DNA of 64,000 nucleotides from Gammaproteobacteria bacterium TMED78. Lineage in GTDB: Bacteria; Pseudomonadota; Gammaproteobacteria; Steroidobacterales; Rariloculaceae. Within the stretch, counting starts at the first letter, position 1. Every line of letters starts with the position of its first letter. The stretch spans positions 16,974 to 80,973 of the forward strand of contig NHEF01000014.1 in the NCBI GenBank assembly GCA_002171615.1, in the 5' to 3' direction. Positions 34,405 to 44,615 of this stretch are shown piece after piece. The position numbers and the translations under genes are program-made. A model generated the notes under the pieces. It was not told the origin of the DNA, made no database searches, and saw only the letters and a list, made by a program, of their open reading frames with translations.

Positions 34405-34875
34405 TTAAAGCTTGGTAGGATTTGGTGCATCTCCATATACTTTTTTAGGGTCAAAAATCTTCTTTTTTTCCGTGAAAGTAAGGTTTTCTTTTTCACCATC
34501 ATCACCAAGTGTAACCTTTCGATAGAAACAAGATTTATAGCCAACATGACAGCTTGCCCCACCCTTTACTTCTACTTTTATCCATAAGCAGTCTTGATCA
34601 TCATCAATCAGAAGCTCTTTAACAGATTGAACAAAGCCACTAGTTGCTCCTTTATGCCATATTACTTGTCTACTTCTGCTAAAGTAATGAGCCTCTTTTT
34701 TTCTTATTGTTAGCAATAGGGCTTCATCATTCATATAGCCTTGCATGAGCAATTCTCCAGAAAAATAATCTGTAGTAACTACTGGGATTAAGCCCTTATT
34801 ATCAAATTTTGGAGCTAATTCTATGCCCTCTTCAACCTGCTCAATGCTATTCCTTTGTTTAAATTTATTTGTCAT
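34405..34875 (-). CDS. hisI: Phosphoribosyl-AMP cyclohydrolase (monofunctional HisI)
   Basis: 156 aa, GLIPVVTTD ... [17 protein letters not shown] ... [25 protein letters not shown]. Confidence 0.9.
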   Translation of the reverse strand: MTNKFKQRNSIEQVEEGIELAPKFDNKGLIPVVTTDYFSGELLMQGYMNDEALLLTIRKKEAHYFSRSRQVIWHKGATSGFVQSVKELLIDDDQDCLWIKVEVKGGASCHVGYKSCFYRKVTLGDDGEKENLTFTEKKKIFDPKKVYGDAPNPTKL

Positions 34876-34933
34876 ATTACCTATAAATCCTGTTATTATG
34901 TTAGTAGTACGATTTTAAGATTACATACTTCTG

Positions 34934-36322
34934 GTGTCACTATATATTCATAATACATTAACAGGTTCTAGAGAAATATTTCAGCCAATTATTCCTGGCA
35001 GGGTAAAAATGTATGTCTGCGGTCCTACCGTTTATAACTTTGCTCATATTGGTAATGCTAGACCCGCAGTCGTTTTTGATATTTTGGCGCGCTTATTAAG
35101 GGAATCCTATAAACTAACCTATGTTCGTAACGTAACTGACGTCGATGATAAAATCAATGCAGCGGCTAAAGCTCAGAATATAGAAATAAAAAATCTTACT
35201 TCGAAGTTTCTAGATGCGTATCATCAAGATATGTCTGCATTGGGCGTTTTAGAGCCGGATATAGAGCCTAGAGTTACAGAGCATATTGACGAAATAAAAG
35301 TATTTATAGAGAAGCTTATTAAAATGGGTAACGCTTACGAAGCAAAAAATCATATCATGTTTGATGTTTCTAGTTTTGGTGATTATGGAGTCTTGTCAGG
35401 AAGAGATAGGAAGCAATTATTAGCTGGGGCAAGGGTTGAGGTTGCGTCATATAAGAAAGACCCAGCTGATTTTATTTTATGGAAGCCTTCTAAGTTAGAT
35501 GAGATAGGATGGGATAGTGCTTGGGGCAGAGGTAGACCAGGATGGCATATCGAATGCTCAGTAATGGTTGAGACTCATTTAGGGAAAATAATAGATATTC
35601 ATGGGGGTGGCCAGGATTTAATTTTTCCACATCATGAAAATGAGTTAGCACAAAGCTCTTGTTCTTTAAAGGAAATATCTCACTGTAGATATTGGATGCA
35701 TAACGGTTTAGTAAATTTCGGTAAGGGCAAGATGTCTAAATCAGATGGTAATATTTTACTTGTAAATGATTTGTTGAAAAAGTTTCCTGGGGAGGTAATT
35801 AGACTAGCTTTACTCACTTCTCATTATCGTCAGCCACTCGAATGGACGCCAGATATTTTAGATGATGCGCAAAAAAAACTAGATAAACTATATGGAGCTC
35901 TTCGTACTTCTGGCATCAAAGGAAAGTATAGTTCTAATAAGATTGATCCTCCTAGATCTATTCTAAGAGCCTTAAATGATGATCTAAATGTACCAGCGGC
36001 TATAGTAGAGTTATTTACATTGGCAAAGGGTTTAAATAGTGAAAAGGATCAAGATTCTAGATTGAGAAAGGCTGATCAATTTAGATCAGGAGCAAGTCTT
36101 TTAGGGCTATTATCTGCAGATCCTGAAAAATGGTTTACTGAAAACTCAGGCAGAGTGATACAGATTGACTCAAAAGAGATAGACTTACTTATTAAGAAAA
36201 GAGAAAGGATGAGAAAAGATGGTCTTTATGAAGAAGCTGATACAATAAGAGCTAAGCTTGAGTCATCAAATATTTTATTAGAGGATAGTCCTCAAGGGGT
36301 AAAATGGAGAAGAAAAAGATAA
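34934..36322 (+). CDS. cysS: Cysteine--tRNA ligase
   Basis: 462 aa with a GTG start. MYVCGPTVYNFAHIGNARP (HIGH region) and KMSKSDGN. Confidence 0.96.
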   Translation: MSLYIHNTLTGSREIFQPIIPGRVKMYVCGPTVYNFAHIGNARPAVVFDILARLLRESYKLTYVRNVTDVDDKINAAAKAQNIEIKNLTSKFLDAYHQDMSALGVLEPDIEPRVTEHIDEIKVFIEKLIKMGNAYEAKNHIMFDVSSFGDYGVLSGRDRKQLLAGARVEVASYKKDPADFILWKPSKLDEIGWDSAWGRGRPGWHIECSVMVETHLGKIIDIHGGGQDLIFPHHENELAQSSCSLKEISHCRYWMHNGLVNFGKGKMSKSDGNILLVNDLLKKFPGEVIRLALLTSHYRQPLEWTPDILDDAQKKLDKLYGALRTSGIKGKYSSNKIDPPRSILRALNDDLNVPAAIVELFTLAKGLNSEKDQDSRLRKADQFRSGASLLGLLSADPEKWFTENSGRVIQIDSKEIDLLIKKRERMRKDGLYEEADTIRAKLESSNILLEDSPQGVKWRRKR

Positions 36323-36585
36323 ATATTTTAGTAACAAGAATTCCAATAATGCTACCTATAGCTCTAATCTCTATATATCAGTATGCAATTTCTCCTCTAT
36401 TTGGAGGCAACTGTAGATTTAATCCAACTTGTTCAAGTTACGCAAAGGATGCATTTATAAAGTTTGGGCTAATAAATGGTTTGTTTTGTGCTTTGAAAAG
36501 GGTTTTCAGGTGCCATCCTTGGGGCAGCTCTGGTTATGATCCGGTAAAAGAAGAGAGCAGTAAAAATTCTTACAATGAGTTTTAA
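36304..36585 (+). CDS. yidD: Membrane protein insertion efficiency factor YidD
   Basis: 93 aa, YQYAISPLFGGNCRFNPTCSSYAKDA ... RCHPWGSSGYDPV. Overlaps the cysS end by 19 nt. The true start may be the internal Met (MLPIAL). Confidence 0.88.
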   Translation: MEKKKINILVTRIPIMLPIALISIYQYAISPLFGGNCRFNPTCSSYAKDAFIKFGLINGLFCALKRVFRCHPWGSSGYDPVKEESSKNSYNEF

Positions 36586-36593
36586 TTCCTACA

Positions 36594-36854
36594 ATGTCTA
36601 TTGATAGTAGCATATTAGAGTATATTTGTTGTCCAATTACAAAGCAGTCTCTAGATATTATCCCAAATGATTTATTGAATAAAATTAACAAACTAGTAGA
36701 GAAGAATGAAGTTTATAGGAATGATGGGGATAAAGTTGATCAAGCATTAATTAATGCTTTAATTACTAAAGACCATCTAATTGTATATCCAATATATAAT
36801 GATTTCCCAGTATTGATTGAAGATTATGCTATTTTTATGAAAAAAATAAAATAA
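36594..36854 (+). CDS. Trm112/YcaR-like small protein
   Basis: 86 aa. N-terminal LEYICCPITKQSL and C-terminal YPIYNDFPVLIEDYAI resemble the Trm112p-like fold, with a longer middle insert. Confidence 0.6.
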   Translation: MSIDSSILEYICCPITKQSLDIIPNDLLNKINKLVEKNEVYRNDGDKVDQALINALITKDHLIVYPIYNDFPVLIEDYAIFMKKIK

Positions 36855-36858
36855 GCTT

Positions 36859-37863
36859 ATGAGACTCAATTTAGAAAAATTAAATCAATCTTTAGATAAG
36901 GGTCTTTCCCAAGTCTATTTAGTTGGTGGAAGTGAACATTTGCTAACTATTAATGCAATTGATCAAATAAGAAGTTTAGCTAATAAAAATGGATTTTTAG
37001 AGAGAGATGTTTATACAGTTATTCCAAGATTTGATTGGGCAGTAATAGAGGCTGATTTAAACAATTTATCCTTATTTTCTAGTAAAAAAATTATTGAGAT
37101 AAGGATTAATTCTGAGTCGATTGGTAGGAGTGGTTCTAAAGCAATAAAAAACTTATTAGAAAAATTGAACGAAGATATACTGTTATTAGTAAGCTCAGAT
37201 AAGATTGACTTAAAATTATCTTGGGTTAAGGATATTGACTTATTAGGAACAATTATTCAGATATGGCCTGTAGCGATTAAGGATTTACCAAATTGGTTAA
37301 AATCTTATGCTAAAAAACTAAATTTAATTTTAACTGATGAAGCTTCTCAATTACTGGCAGAAAGAGTAGAGGGTAATTTATTGGCAGCTGACCAAGAATT
37401 AAAAAAAATTTTTTTACTAGGGGAAAATAACATAATTGATGAGGAAGCAGTGATTCAGTCTGTATCTAATAACTCAAAGTACAATATTTTTGCCTTATCA
37501 GAGGCTATTCTTTTAGGAAATAGAAAAAGAACTTTTTCTATTTTGGAAAATTTAAAATTAGAAGGAATGCAGCCGGTACAAATTTTATGGATCTTGACTA
37601 GTGATATAATTAAAATTATCAGATTAAAGATTTCTATGATTAAAGGTAAGCCCTCTGATTCTATTTTTTTTAGACTTGGGGTAATGAAAAGAAATATTCC
37701 TCTGTTTAGACTAGCACTGAGTAGGTATAGCTTTAAAGATCTTAAAAATTTATTACATAGGGCATATCATGTTGATAAAGTGGTGAAGGGAGCAAGCAGA
37801 GGCCATTCTTGGTGTGAAATTACGCAGCTTATCTTATCTACTTTCAATAAAGATTTATATTAA
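36859..37863 (+). CDS. holA: DNA polymerase III delta subunit
   Basis: 334 aa. HolA-like blocks (VYLVGGSEHLL, LSLFSSKKIIEIRI, EGNLLAADQELKKI, EGMQPVQILW). Conserved holA-nadD-rsfS-rlmH order. Confidence 0.85.
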   Translation: MRLNLEKLNQSLDKGLSQVYLVGGSEHLLTINAIDQIRSLANKNGFLERDVYTVIPRFDWAVIEADLNNLSLFSSKKIIEIRINSESIGRSGSKAIKNLLEKLNEDILLLVSSDKIDLKLSWVKDIDLLGTIIQIWPVAIKDLPNWLKSYAKKLNLILTDEASQLLAERVEGNLLAADQELKKIFLLGENNIIDEEAVIQSVSNNSKYNIFALSEAILLGNRKRTFSILENLKLEGMQPVQILWILTSDIIKIIRLKISMIKGKPSDSIFFRLGVMKRNIPLFRLALSRYSFKDLKNLLHRAYHVDKVVKGASRGHSWCEITQLILSTFNKDLY

Positions 37864-37883
37864 TCTATAAAAAATTTAAATAT

Positions 37884-38561
37884 ATGAAAAATATAGGAAT
37901 TTTAGGGGGAACTTTTGATCCAATTCATTATGGCCATCTTAGGATAGCTATTGAGGTTAAGCATTTACTATCATTAAGCGAAGTTAGATTGGTACCTTCA
38001 GCAAATCCCCCTACTTTAGGCAAGCCATCATCTCTGATTACACCAGCAAATTATAGGCTTAAAATGGTAAAAGTAGCTTTGGAAAATCAAAATGATCTTG
38101 TTTTAGATGACAGAGAGTTTACTCATAGTTTTCTTAAGCAGCTACAAGGCCCAAATTCTGATGCACCTATTTTTTCTTTTCATACACTGAAGACAATAAG
38201 AGAAGAAAATGAATTAGCATCAATTTGTTTTATTTTAGGCATGGATGTTTTTAGTCTTTTTCATACATGGCACAAGAGTGAAGAAATTTTAAAAATTGCT
38301 AATTTAATTATAGTTCCCAGATGGGGACAACAAACCCTTATCTCAGATGATTCTGTTATATCTTATTGGAAAAATTACATGACAAAAGATATAAGTAAAA
38401 TAAAGAATAATACCTGTGGTTACATATATACGGCACCTATAGGTCGTTTGGATATTTCTTCTAGTATGATTAGGGATCATTTTAAAAATGGAATTAATCC
38501 AAAGTATCTATTGCCTGAAGACGTATTAGATTTAATCCTAAACTCAAAATATTATAAATAA
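37884..38561 (+). CDS. nadD: Nicotinate-nucleotide adenylyltransferase
   Basis: 225 aa, GILGGTFDPIHYGHL and ISSSMIR motifs. Confidence 0.93.
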   Translation: MKNIGILGGTFDPIHYGHLRIAIEVKHLLSLSEVRLVPSANPPTLGKPSSLITPANYRLKMVKVALENQNDLVLDDREFTHSFLKQLQGPNSDAPIFSFHTLKTIREENELASICFILGMDVFSLFHTWHKSEEILKIANLIIVPRWGQQTLISDDSVISYWKNYMTKDISKIKNNTCGYIYTAPIGRLDISSSMIRDHFKNGINPKYLLPEDVLDLILNSKYYK

Positions 38562-38578
38562 ATTAATATTAATAGCTT

Positions 38579-38920
38579 ATGAAATATATTGATAAATTAG
38601 GTATAGTTCTTCAATCTTTAGAAGAGATGAAGGCTGATAATGTCTCTTATTTTGATGTTAAAAAAATAACTACCATAACTGACTTTATGATTATCGCCTC
38701 TGGTAGGTCTGAAACTCACACAAAAGCCATAGCTAGAAATTTAATTGATTTTTGCAAGAAAAATAAATTAATGGCTATGAGTATTGAGGGAGAGGATTCA
38801 GGAGAATGGGTATGTATTGATTTTGTAGATATTGTAGTACATATAATGATGCCAAAAATAAGAGATTTTTATTCTATAGAGGATCTTTGGGATATTTCAA
38901 CAAGCCAAAATTCAAATTAA
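38579..38920 (+). CDS. rsfS: Ribosome silencing factor RsfS
   Basis: 113 aa, TDFMIIASGRSETHTKAIA ... WVCIDFVDIVVHIM ... YSIEDLW. Confidence 0.92.
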   Translation: MKYIDKLGIVLQSLEEMKADNVSYFDVKKITTITDFMIIASGRSETHTKAIARNLIDFCKKNKLMAMSIEGEDSGEWVCIDFVDIVVHIMMPKIRDFYSIEDLWDISTSQNSN

Positions 38921-38926
38921 AATCAT

Positions 38927-39397
38927 ATGTCAGAAATTTTTATTTTTTCAGTTTCTAATCGACAGCCAGATTGGATTAATGATGGTTTTAATAATTATGT
39001 TAATAGAATGAAATCTAGTTATTTAATTAAATTTCTAGATATACCTATGATAACTAGATCAAAGAATATGAATCCAGCTGTAGCGACAAAGAAGGAAGGG
39101 GAGCTTATATTAAAAAAAATACCTATTAGTGCATTTGTAGTAGCGTTAGATATATCAGGAGGTGCATTCAGTTCAGAATTATTAGCTAAGAAGTTAATTT
39201 CTTGGTCTGAATCAAGGACTATATGTTTCCTTATAGGCGGACCAGAAGGGCTCTCTAAAGCTTGTTTATCAAGGGCTAATGAGAGATGGTCCCTATCTTC
39301 ATTAACTTTCCCCCATGGCCTTGTAAGGATTTTGGTTATAGAATCATTGTATCGAGCACATAGCATTAACATAGGTCACCCATATCATAGGACTTAA
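38927..39397 (+). CDS. rlmH: 23S rRNA (pseudouridine1915-N3)-methyltransferase RlmH
   Basis: 156 aa, SPOUT C-terminus FLIGGPEGLS ... SLSSLTFPHGLVRILVIESLYRA. Confidence 0.94.
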   Translation: MSEIFIFSVSNRQPDWINDGFNNYVNRMKSSYLIKFLDIPMITRSKNMNPAVATKKEGELILKKIPISAFVVALDISGGAFSSELLAKKLISWSESRTICFLIGGPEGLSKACLSRANERWSLSSLTFPHGLVRILVIESLYRAHSINIGHPYHRT

Positions 39398-39406
39398 TCT
39401 TATATT

Positions 39407-42400
39407 ATGAAAAAATTAAAATATTTAGTCCCCTTAATTTGTTTTGTAGGCCTATCAATTTTTTTGCTTTATAGGGTAGTTAATTATTTCCCAGATTATC
39501 AGAATGAGGCTCGGGTATGGTTTGATCAAGAAATGAATCTTGATCTTAATTTTAGTAGTTCAAGAATTTCTTGGGGGATTTTAGGACCTATAGTAGTTTT
39601 TGAAAATGCTACTATTACAACAAAAGATAGCTTTTCTTTAATTTCAGAAAGCGAGATCAGTTTTGCTTTAAGTTTTAAATCTTTTGTAATTGATAGATTA
39701 CTAAAGATTAAAACTATCTTTATAGATGGAGCAAACTTTTCTATTATTAGATCCATAGATGGCGAGTTACAGTTATTAGAATACTCTTATTACGAAGATA
39801 GCATAATAAATATAAATCAGGATAATATTTCGCTATTTGAAATTATTTTTACTAATTCTAGTATTTCTATTAAGGATGAATTATCTAATTCTAGTTGGGA
39901 GATATTTGGGGATAGATTTAAGTTAGTAGTTGAAAATAATAATATTCACCTCGAGGCAATAGCTATATTATCCTCTCAATTAAATAGTAGGATCGATGTT
40001 TCAATAGATGGCGAAATTTTTTCAAGAGACAATACTAGTGAAAGATATTGGAGTTTTTTTGCACAACTTAGAGATATAGACTTAAGTATTTTTTCAAATT
40101 TTTATCCTCAAAATAAAGGATTGCCTATTTCAGGTTTAGGTAACTTGTCTCTTTGGCTAGATCTAAATGGTGGACAGGTTGCTCTAGGGACGGCAAATCT
40201 TGAGCTAAATAATGTCATTTTTCCCTCTCATGAAAATGTCAAAGAGAATATATTTTATGAGTCATTTTCTCTCACTATGGAGTGGGCTAAGGAGGTTAAT
40301 GGATGGTTCTTGGCTTTATCAAATTTTGATATTAATAACATAGAATATACTTGGCCAAATGATTCATTTATAAATATAAATTTAGAAGAGATTGATACTG
40401 TAGGGACTTTTATTGAGATAGATTCTCAACTTATACGACTTGATGATCTTTTACCATTATCAAATTTATTTGCTGATTCAGATTTCAGTAAACTTTATAA
40501 TGAATATTCTCCCTCTGGTAATACCTCAACTTTCAATATGTCTTGGCTAGTAAATGAGAATGCCCCTGATTATTTAATGTCAGGATCATTCGAAAATTTT
40601 TCAGTCAATCAAGTCGATGATTTTTTTGGTGTGAATAACTTTACTGGAAGAATTAGAGTGAGTCCAAGTAATGGCCAGATAAATTTACTATCCGATGATA
40701 TGACAATACATTGGCCTTCTCATTTTAAAAATGAAGTACTTATTAATAAAGCTACTGGATTATTGGTTTGGAGAAAATCATCAGATGGCTATCGTATACT
40801 GAGCGATAATTTAGAGCTTTATTTTCCAGGAGTATTTAGTAAATCAAACTTAGAAATTACACTACCAATCAACAATAGTTCACCTTATATTGATTTAGAA
40901 TTAAATATCCATGATTCTGATTTAAAAAAAATTATGGATATTTTACCTAATTATTTATATTCAAATAATTTTATAAGTTCATTCGATAGCATATTTTCGT
41001 CTTTTTTCTTAAATGAGCTAAGTCTTATTTATAATGGAGATTTACAAAAAAATATTTTAAATAGTGTATATGATGATTTTCATTTAAGTGCTGATTTTGA
41101 TGGCGGCTTAATTAATTTTTTTGATAATTCATTTAGGCTTAGCGATATAGAGGGTGAGATTGATATTGAGGAAAATGAAATAGATTTACTTGCTAAAGCT
41201 AAGTTTAATAATATTGATATTAATAATATAAACGGAACTATAGAGTTTTCTAAAGGGAGATTTTATTCAGAAAATTTAAGTATGGAGGCATTAGATCAGC
41301 TAATTGATTTCTCAATTTCTTCCTATAGTGATGACTCGGGATCCAATTTTGACTCAAGCATACTCTTACCTGCTAACTTCTTCTTAGAAAATAGAGGAAT
41401 CTCTTTTCTTAGTTATATTAAAGGGCACCCATTAATTAATATTAATTTTAATTTACCAGTTGGGCTAGAAAAGGAGAGTTTAAGAAATTACAAGATGAAT
41501 ATTAGTTCAAACCTATCTAATACCTATCTGAATTTTCCAGAACCATTCAGCAAAGGCTCAGATGAAATTAGAGAATTCGATTCTGATTTTACCTTTAATA
41601 AAGAAGGTAGGTTAGAGGTTCAAGGCTATTATGATGATAATAGATTTGCTCTAAGTTTTTGGAGCGATGAAAATGGATTTACATTTAGAAGGGGTGCTAT
41701 AAATTTAGATGGATCATATCCATTAATGCCCTCGCAAAATAGCCTCGCCATTTTAGGAGATGTTGATTTTTTAAATTTTGATGACTGGATTAGTCTTTAT
41801 AGAAAAAATAATTTAGGATCAAATTCTGTAAATATCCCAATAGATATTAAATTGCAGATAGGTAAATTAAGTCTTTTTGGGCAAGAGATAGAAGAAGCAA
41901 GTCTAGAAGCCATTAGAAATCAAGAGAATTGGAGAATATATTTTGAAAGCGAACCTATCAATGGTCAGGTTTTAGTTCATCATGATCCAGTAATGATTAA
42001 CAAAGTAGATATAGATTTGGAAAATTTATTTTGGGAGCTAGGAGAGTCAAGAGAATTAGATCCAAGCGTTTTTCCTAGTAGTAAAATAAAAGTTAATAAT
42101 TTTATTATTGCTGGTAGGAAGTTTGGTAATTTATCTGCTCAGGTTTCATCAGTTCCTTCGGGTATAAATTTAACTTCATTTATTACTAATTCTAGTAGTT
42201 TTAAGTCCGAAGGAAGTGGTAGTTGGATAAAAGATTATAATGGACATTTTTCAAATCTATCTTTTAGCTTGAATAGTAATGATGTATCTTCAACACTAAA
42301 TAATTTTTCGATTGATGAGCTAATTATATCAAAAGAGATGCAGTTAGAAGCTAACCTTTCTTGGCCAGGAAAGCCTTTATCAATTTTAAATTCTGATCAG

Positions 42401-42922
42401 ATAAATGGCGAGCTTTCCTTATCTCTAGATGAAGGAACTGTTCTTGATATTGATCCAGGAGCAACAAGGATGGTAGGCCTATTTAGTATAATTGCTCTTC
42501 CTCGAAGATTAGCACTTGATTTTAGCGATGTTTTCAACGCAGGATTAGCATTTGATCAAATTTCTGGTAATTTTATTTTAGATGAAGGAAATGCATATAC
42601 TGATAATTTAAAGCTAGCAGGACCGGTTGTAGATATAGGAATTATTGGTAGAACGGGATTGTTCGATAGAGATTATCAACAGCAAGCTGTTGTTACATCT
42701 GAGCCAGGAAATTTATTACCCACAATGGGATTTTTGGCTGGGCCAGGAGTAGGAACGGCAATGCTAATTTTTTCTCAGATATTTAAAGAACCATTAAGTG
42801 GGATAGGAACGGCTTCATATTGCCTATCAGGTTCATGGGAAGATCCATTAATTGAGAGACTTACCTTCGAAGAAGGTACTGATAAAGATTTCTGTGCTGA
42901 TTTACTACCTGAACAGATCTAA
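39407..42922 (+). CDS. yhdP: YhdP/AsmA-like large envelope protein (N-terminal TM anchor, AsmA_2-type C-terminus)
   Basis: 1171 aa with a single N-terminal TM helix. The C-terminal about 200 aa (GATRMVGLFSIIALPRRLALDFSDVF ... YCLSGSWEDPLIE) is collinear with the E. coli YhdP C-terminus as I recall it. The middle is N/S/I-rich and poorly conserved. Confidence 0.8.
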   Translation: MKKLKYLVPLICFVGLSIFLLYRVVNYFPDYQNEARVWFDQEMNLDLNFSSSRISWGILGPIVVFENATITTKDSFSLISESEISFALSFKSFVIDRLLKIKTIFIDGANFSIIRSIDGELQLLEYSYYEDSIININQDNISLFEIIFTNSSISIKDELSNSSWEIFGDRFKLVVENNNIHLEAIAILSSQLNSRIDVSIDGEIFSRDNTSERYWSFFAQLRDIDLSIFSNFYPQNKGLPISGLGNLSLWLDLNGGQVALGTANLELNNVIFPSHENVKENIFYESFSLTMEWAKEVNGWFLALSNFDINNIEYTWPNDSFININLEEIDTVGTFIEIDSQLIRLDDLLPLSNLFADSDFSKLYNEYSPSGNTSTFNMSWLVNENAPDYLMSGSFENFSVNQVDDFFGVNNFTGRIRVSPSNGQINLLSDDMTIHWPSHFKNEVLINKATGLLVWRKSSDGYRILSDNLELYFPGVFSKSNLEITLPINNSSPYIDLELNIHDSDLKKIMDILPNYLYSNNFISSFDSIFSSFFLNELSLIYNGDLQKNILNSVYDDFHLSADFDGGLINFFDNSFRLSDIEGEIDIEENEIDLLAKAKFNNIDINNINGTIEFSKGRFYSENLSMEALDQLIDFSISSYSDDSGSNFDSSILLPANFFLENRGISFLSYIKGHPLININFNLPVGLEKESLRNYKMNISSNLSNTYLNFPEPFSKGSDEIREFDSDFTFNKEGRLEVQGYYDDNRFALSFWSDENGFTFRRGAINLDGSYPLMPSQNSLAILGDVDFLNFDDWISLYRKNNLGSNSVNIPIDIKLQIGKLSLFGQEIEEASLEAIRNQENWRIYFESEPINGQVLVHHDPVMINKVDIDLENLFWELGESRELDPSVFPSSKIKVNNFIIAGRKFGNLSAQVSSVPSGINLTSFITNSSSFKSEGSGSWIKDYNGHFSNLSFSLNSNDVSSTLNNFSIDELIISKEMQLEANLSWPGKPLSILNSDQINGELSLSLDEGTVLDIDPGATRMVGLFSIIALPRRLALDFSDVFNAGLAFDQISGNFILDEGNAYTDNLKLAGPVVDIGIIGRTGLFDRDYQQQAVVTSEPGNLLPTMGFLAGPGVGTAMLIFSQIFKEPLSGIGTASYCLSGSWEDPLIERLTFEEGTDKDFCADLLPEQI

Positions 42923-43411
42923 TTATTTTTTAGGCAGTTCTACTTCTAGAACTTTTTTAGTTTGTTCTGCTCTGAATGATTGAAGAGATTTTTCTATTTC
43001 TGGATATTTACTGCTAAGTATAGCTGCAGCAAAAAGAGCAGCATTAGTTGCACCAGCGTTGCCAATAGCTAATGTTGCGACGGGAATACCTGCTGGCATT
43101 TGAACCATTGATAATAGTGAATCCATACCACCCAATGATTTAGTTAAAATAGGCACTCCTAGAACTGGAATAATTGTTTTAGCTGCAATAACTCCAGGCA
43201 GGGCAGCAGCTCCTCCTGCACCTGCTATAATAACTTCAACACCTCTATCAGAAGCTGAGGAAGAGTATTTTTCAAGCTCATCAGGGGCCCTATGGGCAGA
43301 GATGACTCTTGTTTCATAAGAAATCCCAAGAAGATCTAATGTATCAGTGGATCGTGACATGGTATCCCAGTCTGAAGCCGATCCCATAATTATTCCAACT
43401 AAATTATCCAT
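42923..43411 (-). CDS. purE: N5-carboxyaminoimidazole ribonucleotide mutase
   Basis: 162 aa, VGIIMGSASDW ... VISAHRAPD ... IIAGAGGAAALPGV. Confidence 0.96.
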   Translation of the reverse strand: MDNLVGIIMGSASDWDTMSRSTDTLDLLGISYETRVISAHRAPDELEKYSSSASDRGVEVIIAGAGGAAALPGVIAAKTIIPVLGVPILTKSLGGMDSLLSMVQMPAGIPVATLAIGNAGATNAALFAAAILSSKYPEIEKSLQSFRAEQTKKVLEVELPKK

Positions 43412-43499
43412 AATTTATATTGTACAATACTTATATAAATGTTTTTAAGGGTTTTTCTAGAATTTTATCTCTTTTTTACTATCAAGACCTCTTTAGAGG

Positions 43500-43544
43500 A
43501 AAAAATGGGTATAGGGAGGAACGATTTAAGGTATTGTATAACCC
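43500..43544 (-). terminator. Weak terminator-like hairpin downstream of purC
   Basis: On the minus strand, GGGT(T)ATA ... TATACCC (7 bp plus one bulge, about 22-nt loop) is followed by ATTTTTT. The large loop and AT-rich stem make this tentative. Confidence 0.3.
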
Positions 43545-43609
43545 TTAATAATATTAAATAAAATAAGGCCTTAAAACGAGCTATAAGGCGTTTAAAGAAT
43601 TATATATAA

Positions 43610-44527
43610 TCAGCCTGTTAATTTATTTAGAGCTTCAAAATATTTTTCTGATGTTTTTTTGACAATATCTTCAGGAATTTTTGGACCTGGAGGCTCTTTA
43701 TTCCAACTTAAGGTTTCTAAATAATCCCTAATATATTGTTTATCAAAGCTTTTAGGTGATGAGCCTAATTTATACGAACTTACTGGCCAAAATCTCGAAG
43801 AGTCTGGAGTAAATAATTCATCAATTAAGAATAAATTGTCATCATTATCTAGACCAAACTCAAATTTAGTATCTGCTAGAATAATATCTTTTTCGAGAGC
43901 ATATTTGGACGCACTAGAATAAAGATTTAAGGATATCTCTTTTACCTTCTCTGTGAGTTCCTTTCCAATTAACTCAAAGACATCCTGGCTTGATATGTTT
44001 TCATCATGAGCGCCAACTTCAGCTTTAGTGCTTGGAGTAAAAATTGGCTCATCTAGTTTTTGTGCCATTTTTAAATTTTTGGGTAGTGTTATGCCACTTA
44101 CCTTATTGGTATCACAGTAATCTTTCCAGCCAGAGCCAATTAAATATCCTCGAACTACCGACTCAATAGGAAGTGGCCTAAGCTTTTTTACTATAATTGC
44201 TCTATCTTTAATAATTTCAAGCTCAGAAGCAGAGATGTTTATTTCGTTTAAATTTCGGTTTGTTAAATGATTAGGTACAATTTCAGAAAGTTTATCGAAC
44301 CAGAAATTTGATATCGATGTTAGAGCTATGCCCTTCCCAGGAATGGGGTTATTCAGTATTACATCGAATGCAGATATTCTATCAGAGGTAACTATTAATA
44401 AATGATTATCATCTATATTATAAATATCTCTAACTTTACCTCTTCCTAAAAGCTCAAGATTTTTTAAATCTGATTCAAATAGAGGTTCAATATCTTTATT
44501 TAATTCGTTCATAATAAAATTTTCCAT
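43610..44527 (-). CDS. purC: Phosphoribosylaminoimidazole-succinocarboxamide synthase (long, about 300-aa type)
   Basis: 305 aa, LLGRGKVRDIYNIDDNHLLIVTSDRISAFDV ... ILADTKFEFG. An alternative start is the second Met at 44512. Confidence 0.94.
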   Translation of the reverse strand: MENFIMNELNKDIEPLFESDLKNLELLGRGKVRDIYNIDDNHLLIVTSDRISAFDVILNNPIPGKGIALTSISNFWFDKLSEIVPNHLTNRNLNEINISASELEIIKDRAIIVKKLRPLPIESVVRGYLIGSGWKDYCDTNKVSGITLPKNLKMAQKLDEPIFTPSTKAEVGAHDENISSQDVFELIGKELTEKVKEISLNLYSSASKYALEKDIILADTKFEFGLDNDDNLFLIDELFTPDSSRFWPVSSYKLGSSPKSFDKQYIRDYLETLSWNKEPPGPKIPEDIVKKTSEKYFEALNKLTG

Positions 44528-44615
44528 TCGTATAAAAATATAATAACTTATTAAATGAATTAAAAAAATTTTTTTTTATGATTTATAATAATTTATTTCA
44601 AGCTTGAGATATTTT

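Noticed and set aside
39019-39372. 117-aa ORF antisense to rlmH. Similar short antisense or out-of-frame ORFs lie inside rpoC, rplC, rpoA, secY, uvrA, leuS, ggt, trpS, gcvT, gcvP, pepP, the ubiH-ubiI junction, thyA, the protease gene and lgt.
   Set aside because: All are nested in genes with strong homology-type evidence on the other strand or frame, and none has an independent start context.
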